From Haliotis cracherodii (lineage: Eukaryota): DNA of 64,000 nucleotides. Below, piece after piece: positions 12,603 to 24,700 of the stretch (position 1 is the stretch's first letter; each line of letters begins with the position of its first letter). The stretch spans positions 8,246,001-8,310,000 of the forward strand of contig NW_027266286.1 of the NCBI RefSeq assembly GCF_022045235.1, written 5' to 3'. The notes below the pieces were generated by a model. That model had not been told where the DNA came from. It did not search any database and saw only the letters and a list, made by a program, of their open reading frames with translations. A program made the position numbers and the translations under genes.

Positions 12603-15600
12603 CTGGAATTGACATAGACATTGTTGGTCAGTACTGGCCATGTGATTTCAATATTAATTCAAAGTCAAAATATTATGCACATGAAAAATAATCAAGATTA
12701 TGCATGACTGAATTGGTCTTTATGTTATCCTGTTAATATAAAATAATATAACATTTTTAACTGGTTTTTATATACTGATTTTCGATAAATAAAAGAAGTA
12801 TAGAATATGTACAAAGTTATTTGTGTGCAATAAAGGTAACACATTTTATCCTAAATGGTCCAAGTAAAGCCTACGGACCAAAAATGTAAAACCTGTAAGA
12901 ATGATCATCTGAAATTAGGATGTGAAATCTGTAAATGGAATTTGGGTCTTGCTGAAAACAAAGCCATGCATTAGAACATACTGCATATCTTCCATGACAT
13001 ATGTACCAACCTGCCATGTACCAGCACTACTATTTTCAGTGACAAGGTATTTTATTTTGTGGAAAATTTCATGCCAATTTGATTATGACACTTTGACATT
13101 CTGAGCAGAAAACTTAGAATTTAGATCATAACCACCTAGTGAATGCCATAGTCAGCAATATTCAAGCTACATCAAGGCAACATGTAAATAATGAAGTCTG
13201 GACCGTCAACATCAGCATAGGGTCCATGCCACCTGGGTACTATGACACATAACCAGTCACAGCCCGAGAACCATCAATTCCAGGTAAGTCTCCTTTCATA
13301 ACCAGTAATAGGGTGCTGAGATATATTCTAACCTATGTCCTCACAGGTATCATAACCAATTATTTAATCCTCTAAATTTATGTGTGTGTCACTATTAAGA
13401 ATCTAGTAGTGACTTGTTGGCACATGTGTCATGGTTCGTTCACAATCATGGTTATCATAAGAAGCAAAGGCAGTTAGGTTTACAGGCAGTCCTTTCATTC
13501 CAATCACATTCCTGCAGACTGTTGACATCCCCTAAACTACACATGCAGCACTATGATCATCTTCATAATGATGTCAAACTTGTTTAAACAATCCTCATAT
13601 TTCTCAGTGAATGTGAATGTATATAATATAACAGAAGTGTATTTGACATGAAATAGTTAAGGTTGTGAGATTGTGAATATTTAATGGTGCAGTCAGCCAT
13701 ATCACTTATACAGCCATATCAAAGCAACCAGTTTGAAATCAAGGCTGGACCAGGCAAACCATGTCCAGAGCTTGAGCAACAATCCTCATGTAGTAGGGTT
13801 TCAAGTTGGAATCACAATCAGTCAGATGATGGTTCAGTATTGGGCTCTGCCTATGGTGGCTATCTGATCATAATTCTGTTTTATCTTTTTGAAGTCCTTC
13901 TGCCTTGGGGGCAAATTGTGAATATACAGGGCATTAACAGACCAGTGCGTGAAGTACTTGTGGCTATATGAAATCAGGACCAGTCACTTGCCCACATTCA
14001 GACTACAAGTTAATGTATCGGTGACAATGAACTACTTCAACTGTAGGACAACCTTTGAATCCAATAATATTCAAAAGCTGTTGGGTATTTTCTGTTACTG
14101 ATGAGGTTTCAATATAATTTAAAACAACAATGAACATGTTAACCATATTGACTGAACACATGTTATTTCAGCATGCAACAACCATGACACAACTCGGAAG
14201 CCCAAGGAAGTGGGGCAAACACCATGGTAGTATACTGCTGGCGGAGTCTCCAGCTGTCATTGAGGGAACAATCTACCAGTGTGCTGACAATTGTTGAAAT
14301 ACAGCTCTACTTAGCTGATGCATGACTTAATAATGGAACAGAAACTTTAGTTTGGCTGCTATTTGCTTCACAACATCCACAGTTACCATTAGTTATTGAA
14401 GTTATGATCTGGTACAACAAATGTCAAAGGGTGTATTAATTAAGTGACTCTTGGGCTGAAGATAATCTCTTCTGCTCTTCCTAATGAGTAGAATTGTTTG
14501 CCTGACTGATGCAGTGTAATTACTATGTATTACGCTGAAGTCAGCAATAGTTTAACTATGTCATGATGGTCTGTAAATACTCAATTCTGGGTAAGTAAGA
14601 CTATCCAATGAGGTAAAATGACACAATCATCTTGGCTATAAATTGTGACCACTTGACCCTTATTGTGATGTTTGCTCTTGAGATAAGCATGGGATCCTTG
14701 GGACCTATTTAAGCCCTGAATGCCCACAAAAGATAATATTGTGAATATATACTAGATATTAGTCTGCTGTTTTTCCTGTATATCAAGTACACAAGTGAAA
14801 AAACATCACAGACTGTCATGTTGTCAGATGGTCACATAGATTCCCCTAACAAACTCATTGTATCCTGAGATCAATGAACATTATCAGACTGTTGTTCTTA
14901 GGTTCTTTACAGAGAAATACTTGTTTTTCTAACATGTTCTTTGTTTACCGCCTAACATCACATCACAGGTTACTTTCATTGTGTCATTACATTCATGTTC
15001 AAAATATCATAGGAATTTCTCTGCTAGATGTAGAAAAACAAATATAATACCAACAAACACCTAACTTAACCTTCCATTCTTCCCATGTATAAAATATTCA
15101 AGAATGAGGTAAAACCTGCACAATGCCTATGTATTAGTATTTGAAGTATATTTTTCAACAATTGTCATAATTATGCATTGTTTTTCTTCAGAAAGTTGAG
15201 TGTTGAGGAGTTGAACAGGAGGGAGAGCAGGGCAGATAGAGATAAGGTTACATACCATGGGACCCTTCACGGTTCAATATATATACCGTGCCTGATTAAT
15301 GGAAAACAAAATGCATTGGTGGATTGGCATGCACATGACGTATACACGCTAACGCTGAAGCATATTCCTGTTTCCCTCAGCCACAGCACTGACTGGCATA
15401 GTTACGTCCACCCAACTTGCAGCATGTTTTTGTATTGCCTTGTGTCTGGATAACATGTCAAACTGATGACACCATCTTGCACATTTTTGTATTGCATGTC
15501 AAACTGATGATATCATTTTGCACATACTGCATCGCAAAAACTTGCACTGCATATCAAAAATTAGATTATTGCATATAGAAAATATGTTGAGGTAACAGCG

Positions 15601-18600
15601 AGTTTGAAAATATCTATTAGTAATAACTGTTATTTGTTCAAAATGTCAGTAATTAAGTGGTTGACTAATACCTCAAGTTTTATTTATTGAAGACAGGATG
15701 GAAGTATTCTTGGAATGAGGATTAGACACTATATTTATATCTCTGGAAGAGGAAGGACACACATAAATTGTGTCTGTTCTGAAGGACCTCTTCATTGCCA
15801 ACTCTGAGTCACGAATGTAATCTATTCTAAGTTTGAAGAACAATGTTATCATAATCTCTCATCTTAACAAGTGGTTCATGCATAAAACATCCTCTTCATC
15901 ACATCAAATTACCCATATTTATCATATATTGCTACATAAAGCTCAGACAAAATGTGATTCACATCCAGATGACAATAATGATTAAGAACGATCAATAAAT
16001 CCCACAAATTCAATTTGTCAAGACATTAAATTTACTTACAATTATGACCTATTCATTACACAAGATGAAATTTTCAAACATTCCAAAACAACCTTACTAG
16101 GAATAAAATCACTCGTGCATGACCAATAATACCATTAACTAATCTCCCTAAATTGTCACTGTTTGAGTTTTGTTTTTGAAAGTCCAGATTTGGTGTTGGT
16201 GTGACAATACAACTGCAGCTGCCCTGTTGGCTCCTGATGCAAGTATGCCAGTCAGCACTACAGCAGGAAACAGTATGCCCATTCCACCTACCTCAATGTA
16301 AAATAAAATGTGTGAGAAAAAAGGAGTGACAAGTCACACTGAACACAATGACGGCGTGGAAACTCAACATTGATGGTGCTCCGCCTATATCCATGGAAGA
16401 AAGGAAAATAAAATAATACAAATTGGATAGGAAAATACAAGTGCCCATCAGTTTCAATAATTGCATATGAAAGTATCCTATTAGTTCTTGAACCTCTACC
16501 AATGTTGATGCTGTGTCACAATCAGACTATCTTGTCACTCAGTTTCAATTTCCTTAAATGATATGTGAATTTGCTGTTATGTTTATCATATTCAGATTTT
16601 CTTTGAGAACATCTCTCAAAACATCCCTCTTTGAAGACCTACAATCTACCAGTGTGTATTGTGGCTTAAGTTGGACCCCATAGGAACTGTAAAGATTTTT
16701 CATTAAATTTTGTTTTTTTTAATTAAACAATTCAAAATTTTAAACTGATTTATGCCTACCATTTTTCTGTTCTTTAAACAGTTTACTAAACATATCTGGT
16801 TAGGCTTGAAATAATAAAGTAATCTTTTCTCAGGCAATGGCTTTTGAAAATATAGTGTGGGCTGTTGGTGTTTTTTAAATTTTATTTTTGGTAGTTCAAA
16901 CTCGTATGTAACCAAACAAACAGATGTGTAACCAAATAAACAGTTGTGGGAAAGGGCTTCTCTACATGAATGTAAAATACTGAAATACAGTCGGACTTGG
17001 AATATTTAAGGATTTTTAAAAAAAAATTGAAAAATGGAAATAAAAATAAAACATGCGGCACACTTATGATGATGCAGGCGGTGCCTGAGAACCAAGACTA
17101 TTATTATAGACTTGGTTTCACTCCTCATCACAGACGTACTGCAGTCTGAATTGGACGGAAAACGAGAGGTGAGACTTTATTACCCAAATATGCATTAAAA
17201 CAACAACGCCCCTGCCCGCCCACTGCTACCCTGTGCCTATATGGTCGACATCAATCAGAAGAATGATCAATGCACATAGTCGATGTCAAGATAATTACTA
17301 ACAATATTCAGTTATTTCAGTTGATATTACAATTACTTTTGTCCTGTAGTATAATATTTAATGGCTACTTTCCAGCCTACTTTAACACAAAGGTGAGGAC
17401 ACAGTCAATAGAAGTACTGACAGGACAACTGGTAAATCAGCTGTTCAGTATCAGCACCCACTGTTTGATAATTTAAATTATGTATTATGAAGTGAAATTT
17501 TTGCCAACATTTTCTGATTGTGCACTTCTATTTTCATCCCCAAATTAAACAAAAACTGAATATTCTGAGCCGAACAACACAATTTGCATAACCAGCTGAA
17601 ACAAAGAAGACAAGGTGAGCATCCAATGTACCCTGTGCAACACAGCAGTGCTCCCTATATGTACAGGAACACACACTAGCAGTGGTGAAGCAGATGCTGC
17701 TCAAAGATGATTCCCTACTTTCAAATTACAAAACATAAAAAGATCTTGTGTCACAAAACAACATAACATATATGCAATTGTAACTGTCTTAACAGGACAA
17801 CTTAGGACAAAGATCAAATAACAGTTGACTAAAACCAGGGTCTTCTCCAATGAATGAAAACAGACGAAGTGAAAGGGTTAAAGTCACAGTCACGAAAACA
17901 TGACATTCCAAAACAAAACCCATAAATCCTGTCTGCTAGTCCAGGTGTATGTTTCAGTATGGACAGGCTATAACATTGTTTATATGCCAAGCAGAGTAGC
18001 AACATAGTCACTGTTTTTTACTGATCTATTCATATGGTTCTTTCATCACAAGTTTTTCCTAACAGATATTGGAATCTTTTTCAGGAGATGAAAGAGACTG
18101 ATTGTTTTCTGGTGTCAATATTGCCTCAATATTGTAGCATTTCTTATTTTATTTTCTTCAGAGTCAAATTGGGCAAAAAAATTCTATTCTTCTAAAGAAG
18201 ACATACCTTCATATCAAAATAACAAAGAGTGGTATATTGCTTTGATCTCTGCGTTTTGTCTGAACACTTATACCTGTACTTGAATACACAGTGAATTTTA
18301 AGGTTTTGTTTCTGAAATCTTCAGTCTTGGTGTACAAAAATGATCCAATGGTGGTATAGTTACTGTCAAATGTGACCTCCTATGTTAAGATCACAGACCT
18401 TTTTTACCTTTGCAGCTTACCAGAGCACATTATACAGTATTAATACATGTGCAAATGTCACTCTAACATACAGTGCACTGTGTGTCTAGTTAGTCATGAA
18501 TGCATCCATTGGCATACATCCAGAATGGATCGCACAAATGCATCAAACTGATCAGATCCCTGCGTGCACATTTCCATGTGCACTGATGTATCTACACCAG

Positions 18601-21600
18601 GCGGTCAGCAGCATGATACTGACTGTTCAATCCTTTCTAAGTTTGTACAAATAGCACCTAAGAATCAAAATAAGTCTATGTGTGGATAACAAACCAACTA
18701 TCACGTGTCTCTACCATGATGGCTACAGCTACTCTGCTCCAAAATCATTTCTCACATAATGTACTCTCCCACAACTTGGTTGCAATGAGATACTCAGTTC
18801 ATGGTGGAAGGGAGACAACTCTGTCCAACTTACATTCGGCTGTCTCGTCTGACTCATCACCTCGGCCACAGTTGGGTAATTCATTGCACTTCAATTCAGA
18901 CGATATGCAATAGTTGTTTTTAGCACACTTAAAACCAAAGCAGGTATCTGAAACAGAGTATATAAAAGATTCACATCTGAACATAGAAAGTTGACAATAT
19001 TATACATATCCTTGTGGATCTGGCATCACTTTTCACATACAAGGGCATCAAAAGGTGTTGTGATTTAGCTTGAGGAAGTGTGTGGGGAAAAAGCTTCGAC
19101 ATGTTGGCATATTCAGACACTAATTTGTTTTCAGAAGCTTCCATCATCACAAATATTTGTACAGCACCGATTGTGACATCATCATATTCCTTGTACATAT
19201 ATTTATTATATATGTGTTATGTATGTTTCACTGAACCCTTCACCATAATGGACGGAAAACCTGATTGCAAAAATATCTCTACTCAACACAAGCCTAAACT
19301 ATCAAAATAATGTTTCAAAATACTGATAAATATATATATACATGTGTATCGTTACATCTGTAGTGCAAGCAGATCTAGTTGCTGGGCCATAATGCCCAAA
19401 GTTATACTGATGCCCATTACAATAACAACTGCATAGCAGTCTACAGATCTAGAGTTACATCTTCTATCAACTGCCCTGGGGAATGACACTTTAACTCACA
19501 ACTGAACTAATTCTCAGCAGGAAACAATTGTTTCACAAACATGTTATGTCAACACTTACCATCTTCATTGACTTCTGTCCATGATAACTTGAATCCTTTA
19601 CCACCAAGTGACCGAAGTGATGTCACAAATCTGGAACAGATTAAGTCCAGGTGAACTTTTTGTCAATCAAATACATGTATAGGTATCAGAATGAGAGATT
19701 GTTATACAGCAAGTGTGTCGTACTGATTTTATGAAAAGTGTCAGAATCCTTATATTTCCTGAGCAAGAGCAAGGGTAATGCATGAATTTTTACACAAGTT
19801 TAATAAAATCAGTGTAACACACATGAGTGTAATTTCATTATTGTTTATTATTTCTTCCTTCTTTTGAACTCCTCTTTAGAGCAAAGCACTGATCATGACC
19901 GTCATCTAAGAAAACCACAATTATCGCATGACATCAACAATCTTCACCTACGACATCATTTCCAGTGTGAAGTCACTCCAACATTCCGAAACAATACACT
20001 GGTGTGCGTGAAGTGTTTTTTCTAACCCTATGGGTGATAAACAACAATATGTAATCATACTTTGTGCAGTGATTCTAAGCAAATCAAACTGAATGAAATA
20101 ACACATAGAAAAGATGCTGTAAAATGCATGTAACTGAGTTAAACACTACTTTGAACCGTATTCAGTCATATGGTAGCTAAATGTGCAGACAAGCCCAACA
20201 TGGTACATAAAGTAAACCAATACAACTAGACATGGGTATTGTGATGACAAACCAAGGATCATAATCACTTCTGGGTTTTCAACGCATATCAGTTGATCCT
20301 GGCACAGCTAAGGGACATAACTCAATAGTGACCCTGCAATTCACTCTTGAGTTGTATCCCTTAGCTGTGCCAGGATCTACTGATATGCATTGAAAAGCCA
20401 TATGTAAATACCATATGTACCTGCCACATTAAGTGCCTATACTTGAGTTTAAGGGTGTCCAGTTATAAGACAGAGAAATAAAGACTCACACCCAAAGCCG
20501 GAATCTGGTCTTCCTCGATACCTACACAATCCTGGTTATACATTAACTCTATTATCAAAAGTGAAGTAAAAGCTTGATCCCTTACGTTATTCTAAAAGTG
20601 TCCCCCGAAGAGAGGAAAGCTATATTAGTGCCCATCTGGCCACACAGCACCTCGGCAGGCTGCACAGAGTTGATATCACTGTATATTCTCATCACAGAAT
20701 TCTGGCAGCCCGTTTCTGAAACATAAAGGGTTAATCTTCTGCATTTGTTATGAAGGAGCTTCCTTCCACAAGAATCAATTTTCTATCTGAGCAAAACTTG
20801 TTGAAGTAGATAAGTGAGTGAGAAAGTATGGTTTTATGATGCAGCTTTTAGCAATATGCGGGAATAATACACACTATTTGACAGGTTTTGGTTTGTTGTT
20901 TAATGCCGCACTCAGCAATATTCCAGCTATATGACTGCGGTCGGTAAATAATCGAGTCTGGACCAGACAATCCAGTGTTTGACATCATGAGCATCGATCC
21001 ACGCAATTGGGATATGATGACATGCATCAACCATGTCTGTGAGCCTGACCACCCGATCTCGTTAGTTGCCTCTTTCCACAAGCATAGTCACCTTTTACAG
21101 CAAGAATGGGTTACTGAAGACCTATTCTACCAGATTTTACAGGTACACAAATTCAGAGGATTCAGAGAAGATGTTGAAAATCTAGTTAAACTGGACAAAT
21201 GGGGTACATGAAGATCAAAAGGGGAGAGCAGGATAGTAAAATTCAAATACTTGTACACAAAAAACATTTTTTACTGCATACAAAATATCAAATATCCTAA
21301 TGATACATGTAAACATGTTTGACGAGTGGGCAAAAACTCCATTTCCAGTATGATTGATGTGTTCATAAAGAATGGACAATTCAGGTATACTTACGGTCCA
21401 TCTTTCCTTCTAACACGAAGGTAGCTGTTTCTAGGAGTATTTTATTTGTGGGTTTACTGGCTCTAATCGTCCACTGACAAAACGTCTTTGCCTTGTATTT
21501 TCGAGGATAGTCAGGACTTTTTATTATTCCTCCCGATCCCTGACTGTTTATTACATGCTTTCCACATTCTGAAACAGGACAATTGATAGGTAACAGAAAA

Positions 21601-21742
21601 CAGCAGGCACCAATAGAAGCCTTAATGTGTGTGTGTGTGTTGAGTGTGTGTGTATTTGTGTGTGTGTGTTACATGCTTTCCACATTCTGAAATAGGACAA
21701 TTGATAGGTAACAGAAAACAGCAGGCACCAATAGAAGCCTTA

Positions 21743-21781
<39 letters not shown>

Positions 21782-24700
21782 ATGCTTTCCACATTCTGAA
21801 ATAGGACAATTGATAGGTAACAGAAAACAGCAGGCCCCAATAGAAGCCTTAAAGTATGTGTGTGTGTGTGTGTGTGCGTGTGTGTGTGTGTGTGTGTTAC
21901 ATGCTTTCCACATTCTGAAACAACAGGACAATTTATAGGTAACAGAAAACAGCAGCCACCAATAGAAGCCTTAATGTGTGTGTGTTGTGTGAGTGTTGAA
22001 AGTGTGTGTTGTATGTGTGTGTTATGTTTTGTGCGTATTGTGTATGTGTGTATTGTGTTATGTGTAATGTGTGTGTTTCATGTGTATGTTGTTCATGTGT
22101 ATGCGTGGTGTGTATTATGTTGTGTGTAATGTGTGTGTGTTGCATGTGTATGCTGTTTATGTGTTGTGTTGTATGTGTGTGTTGTGTGTATTGTGTGTAA
22201 AATTCTCTTCCCAGAAGCAAATAACAATTCATGCAATCCCCGAGTCCAAGGGTCAAGGTTATAAGTATTGTCTGAAGTTGATATTGCTGATGAGCATTGA
22301 AAGTTAAAGACTTGAAAGTCCAAAGTACACCTTATCAGAAAGTATATTACTCAAAATAAAACAAGGATCACCTGATTATTTCATGTTACTTCAGTTCATC
22401 GGTCAGGATGGCATGACAGATGAACTATAGTCACATGAAAGAATCGAGTTTTTTTAGTTGTACAGTAAAATAAGTTTATAACTAACTCACTTATAACGGA
22501 CTGACGGATATTACAAACTTAATTCTTGGTCCCAGCCATGTGCTGTATTGATGTTGCATATATGCTTATAACGAATTGCGGTTTTAACAAACTAAAATTA
22601 GTGGTCAATTTGAGTTTGTTATAACCATAGTTTACTGCAGATATAATGATTCATTCATCTGACAATCAGTTCAGTGTGATGCATGTGTATGAACCTACTT
22701 CCATATATCTCCTCCTTTGTTTGGAAGTAGTATCTGGCCTTGAAGCCCATCTTGGTAATGGATTTGTTGGAATGGAAGACAATCTTCACCACCCTTGATG
22801 ACGTAAAAGGGCCAGGAGCTATTGTGCCACAATGCCTCTCCACAAGGGAGAAGTTATTTTTGGTATATCCCTCTTCCAGAATCTCCAGGTAGTCTCTTCC
22901 CAGGCACCTGTAATGTATGAAAGCAAGACATTCAGTCTGTGGCTTCAAGTGATGCTACTGTATTGGGGTAAACTTCAATTTGCCAGTATCCTCATCTCAT
23001 CAGGAGGAAATGAAGTTTGTGGCTTAAAGAGATGCTACTGTATTTGGGTAAACTTAAAAGCTTTCAAGTGCCAGTATCCTTATCACATCACTTTATTATT
23101 GCCAAAGGGTCAAGAGCTAAGGGACCAAGGTGACAGAAGTTGATATACAGAGATGCATACCTTAGCTGCCAGGATCACTTTCACCCTATCAAAGAACATT
23201 TTCACCCTATCAAAGAACACTTTCACCCTATCAAAGAACACTTTCACCCTATCAAGGAACACTTTCACCCTATCAAGGAACACTTTCACCCTATCAAAGA
23301 ACACTTTCACCTTATCAAAGAACACTTTCACCCTATCAAAGGACACTTTCACCCTCTCAAAGAACACTTTCACCCTATCAAAGAACACTTTCACCCTATC
23401 ATCCCAAAATAAGATTTTCATTACTTCACAAATCTGGTAAATCTTAAAATTTGTTATCAGTTGTTTGAAGTTATCAGGTAACTTTTAATACATTTTTACA
23501 TTTGAAGCATTTATTTCACTTGAAAGACAATTTTATCCATGAGATCACTTAAGAAACCAGATCGGAGAGATACTTTTACTCATGTTTTTATTTCACTTGC
23601 AAGATAATTATTTTTATGAGATGACTAAAAAACCCAGACCTGACTGTTTTGGAAAATAATTTGTAAACCAAGTAATTAAAACATATAAAAAATAGTACAA
23701 TGGCACTGTAGCTCACTTGGATATGTAGTCAGCAGTTTGAGGACTAACAATAAACTTTAATGATTTGAACAAAATATGATGTCACCATCATGAGAAACAT
23801 ATATGCCAAGTTCAACTCCCTGAGTCTTACTATTTCAGGAGAAGACATTTTCAGAGCAAAATGTGGATTTTGTGAGCACGAGCCATGTTGTAAGTAAACG
23901 GAACTTGTGTACTGAATCCCACAACAACTAAACAAAGTCCAAATTTCATTCAAAATTGGCGCTCATAAATAGGTTTTACAAAATGTCTGCCTCCATGGCA
24001 GCCAAATTGAAAATCAGATTTGAACCTTTGAACAAATTGGGGGTGTCATGGCTGGTACAAACAAGTATGTGAAGTTTCAGCTTCACTGGTTCAGATGACA
24101 AACAAACAGGTCATGACTTTCAGTCAGGTGAACAAGATGACAAAGGGACAGGGTTAGTTGGTTCACACACCCCAGCTGGTTCGGTTGTCTTGCATCTAGA
24201 TCAAATGTATCGAATGATATCAGAACGAAGACGTCATGGCCAGGGCGGAAGATGTATTCACAGGTGAGATCGGTCGGGTAGTTGCCAGGGTGACGTGGTG
24301 TATTGAATGTCCCAGACTGGCCACTGGTGTCATCATACAAGAACTTGCACTGGCCTTCTGAGATGGGAGTCCCTGGGATTGCATAATCTGGAACAAACAG
24401 AAGAAATTATTCTGAAGATGACAACTACTTTGAGAAGACAGTTTTTACACTGGATGAAAATGTGTCGTGTTAGTTTTAAAGGTGAGTTTTAAAGGTGAGC
24501 AAATTAATTGTGTACTTACTATTTTTTATCCATGGCAATAAGGTATCTATTCTGAATGATTGAACATGTTTGAAATAGTTCATGTGGTGATTAGAGACAG
24601 ACTTCGTCAAATTTTCTACAGTGTTTACTACAGGTGGATAAGGAGGGGAATGTGTGCCTCCTTTTTGAATTCCTGGTAGCAAATACATAACACTAGAGGA

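Noticed and set aside
15180-15250. Plus-strand exon-like segment (tttcttcag...AAG|gtt); similar ones near 17134-17168 and 3886-3976
   Set aside because: No consistent multi-exon frame or recognisable protein could be built, so these are likely chance splice motifs.
21740-22323. Cys/Val-rich and His/Thr-rich ORFs
   Set aside because: Translations of (GT)n microsatellite.
23110-23440. Repetitive ORFs (EHFHPIK, DRVKVFF, TFTLSKN)
   Set aside because: Artefacts of the 21-bp tandem repeat.
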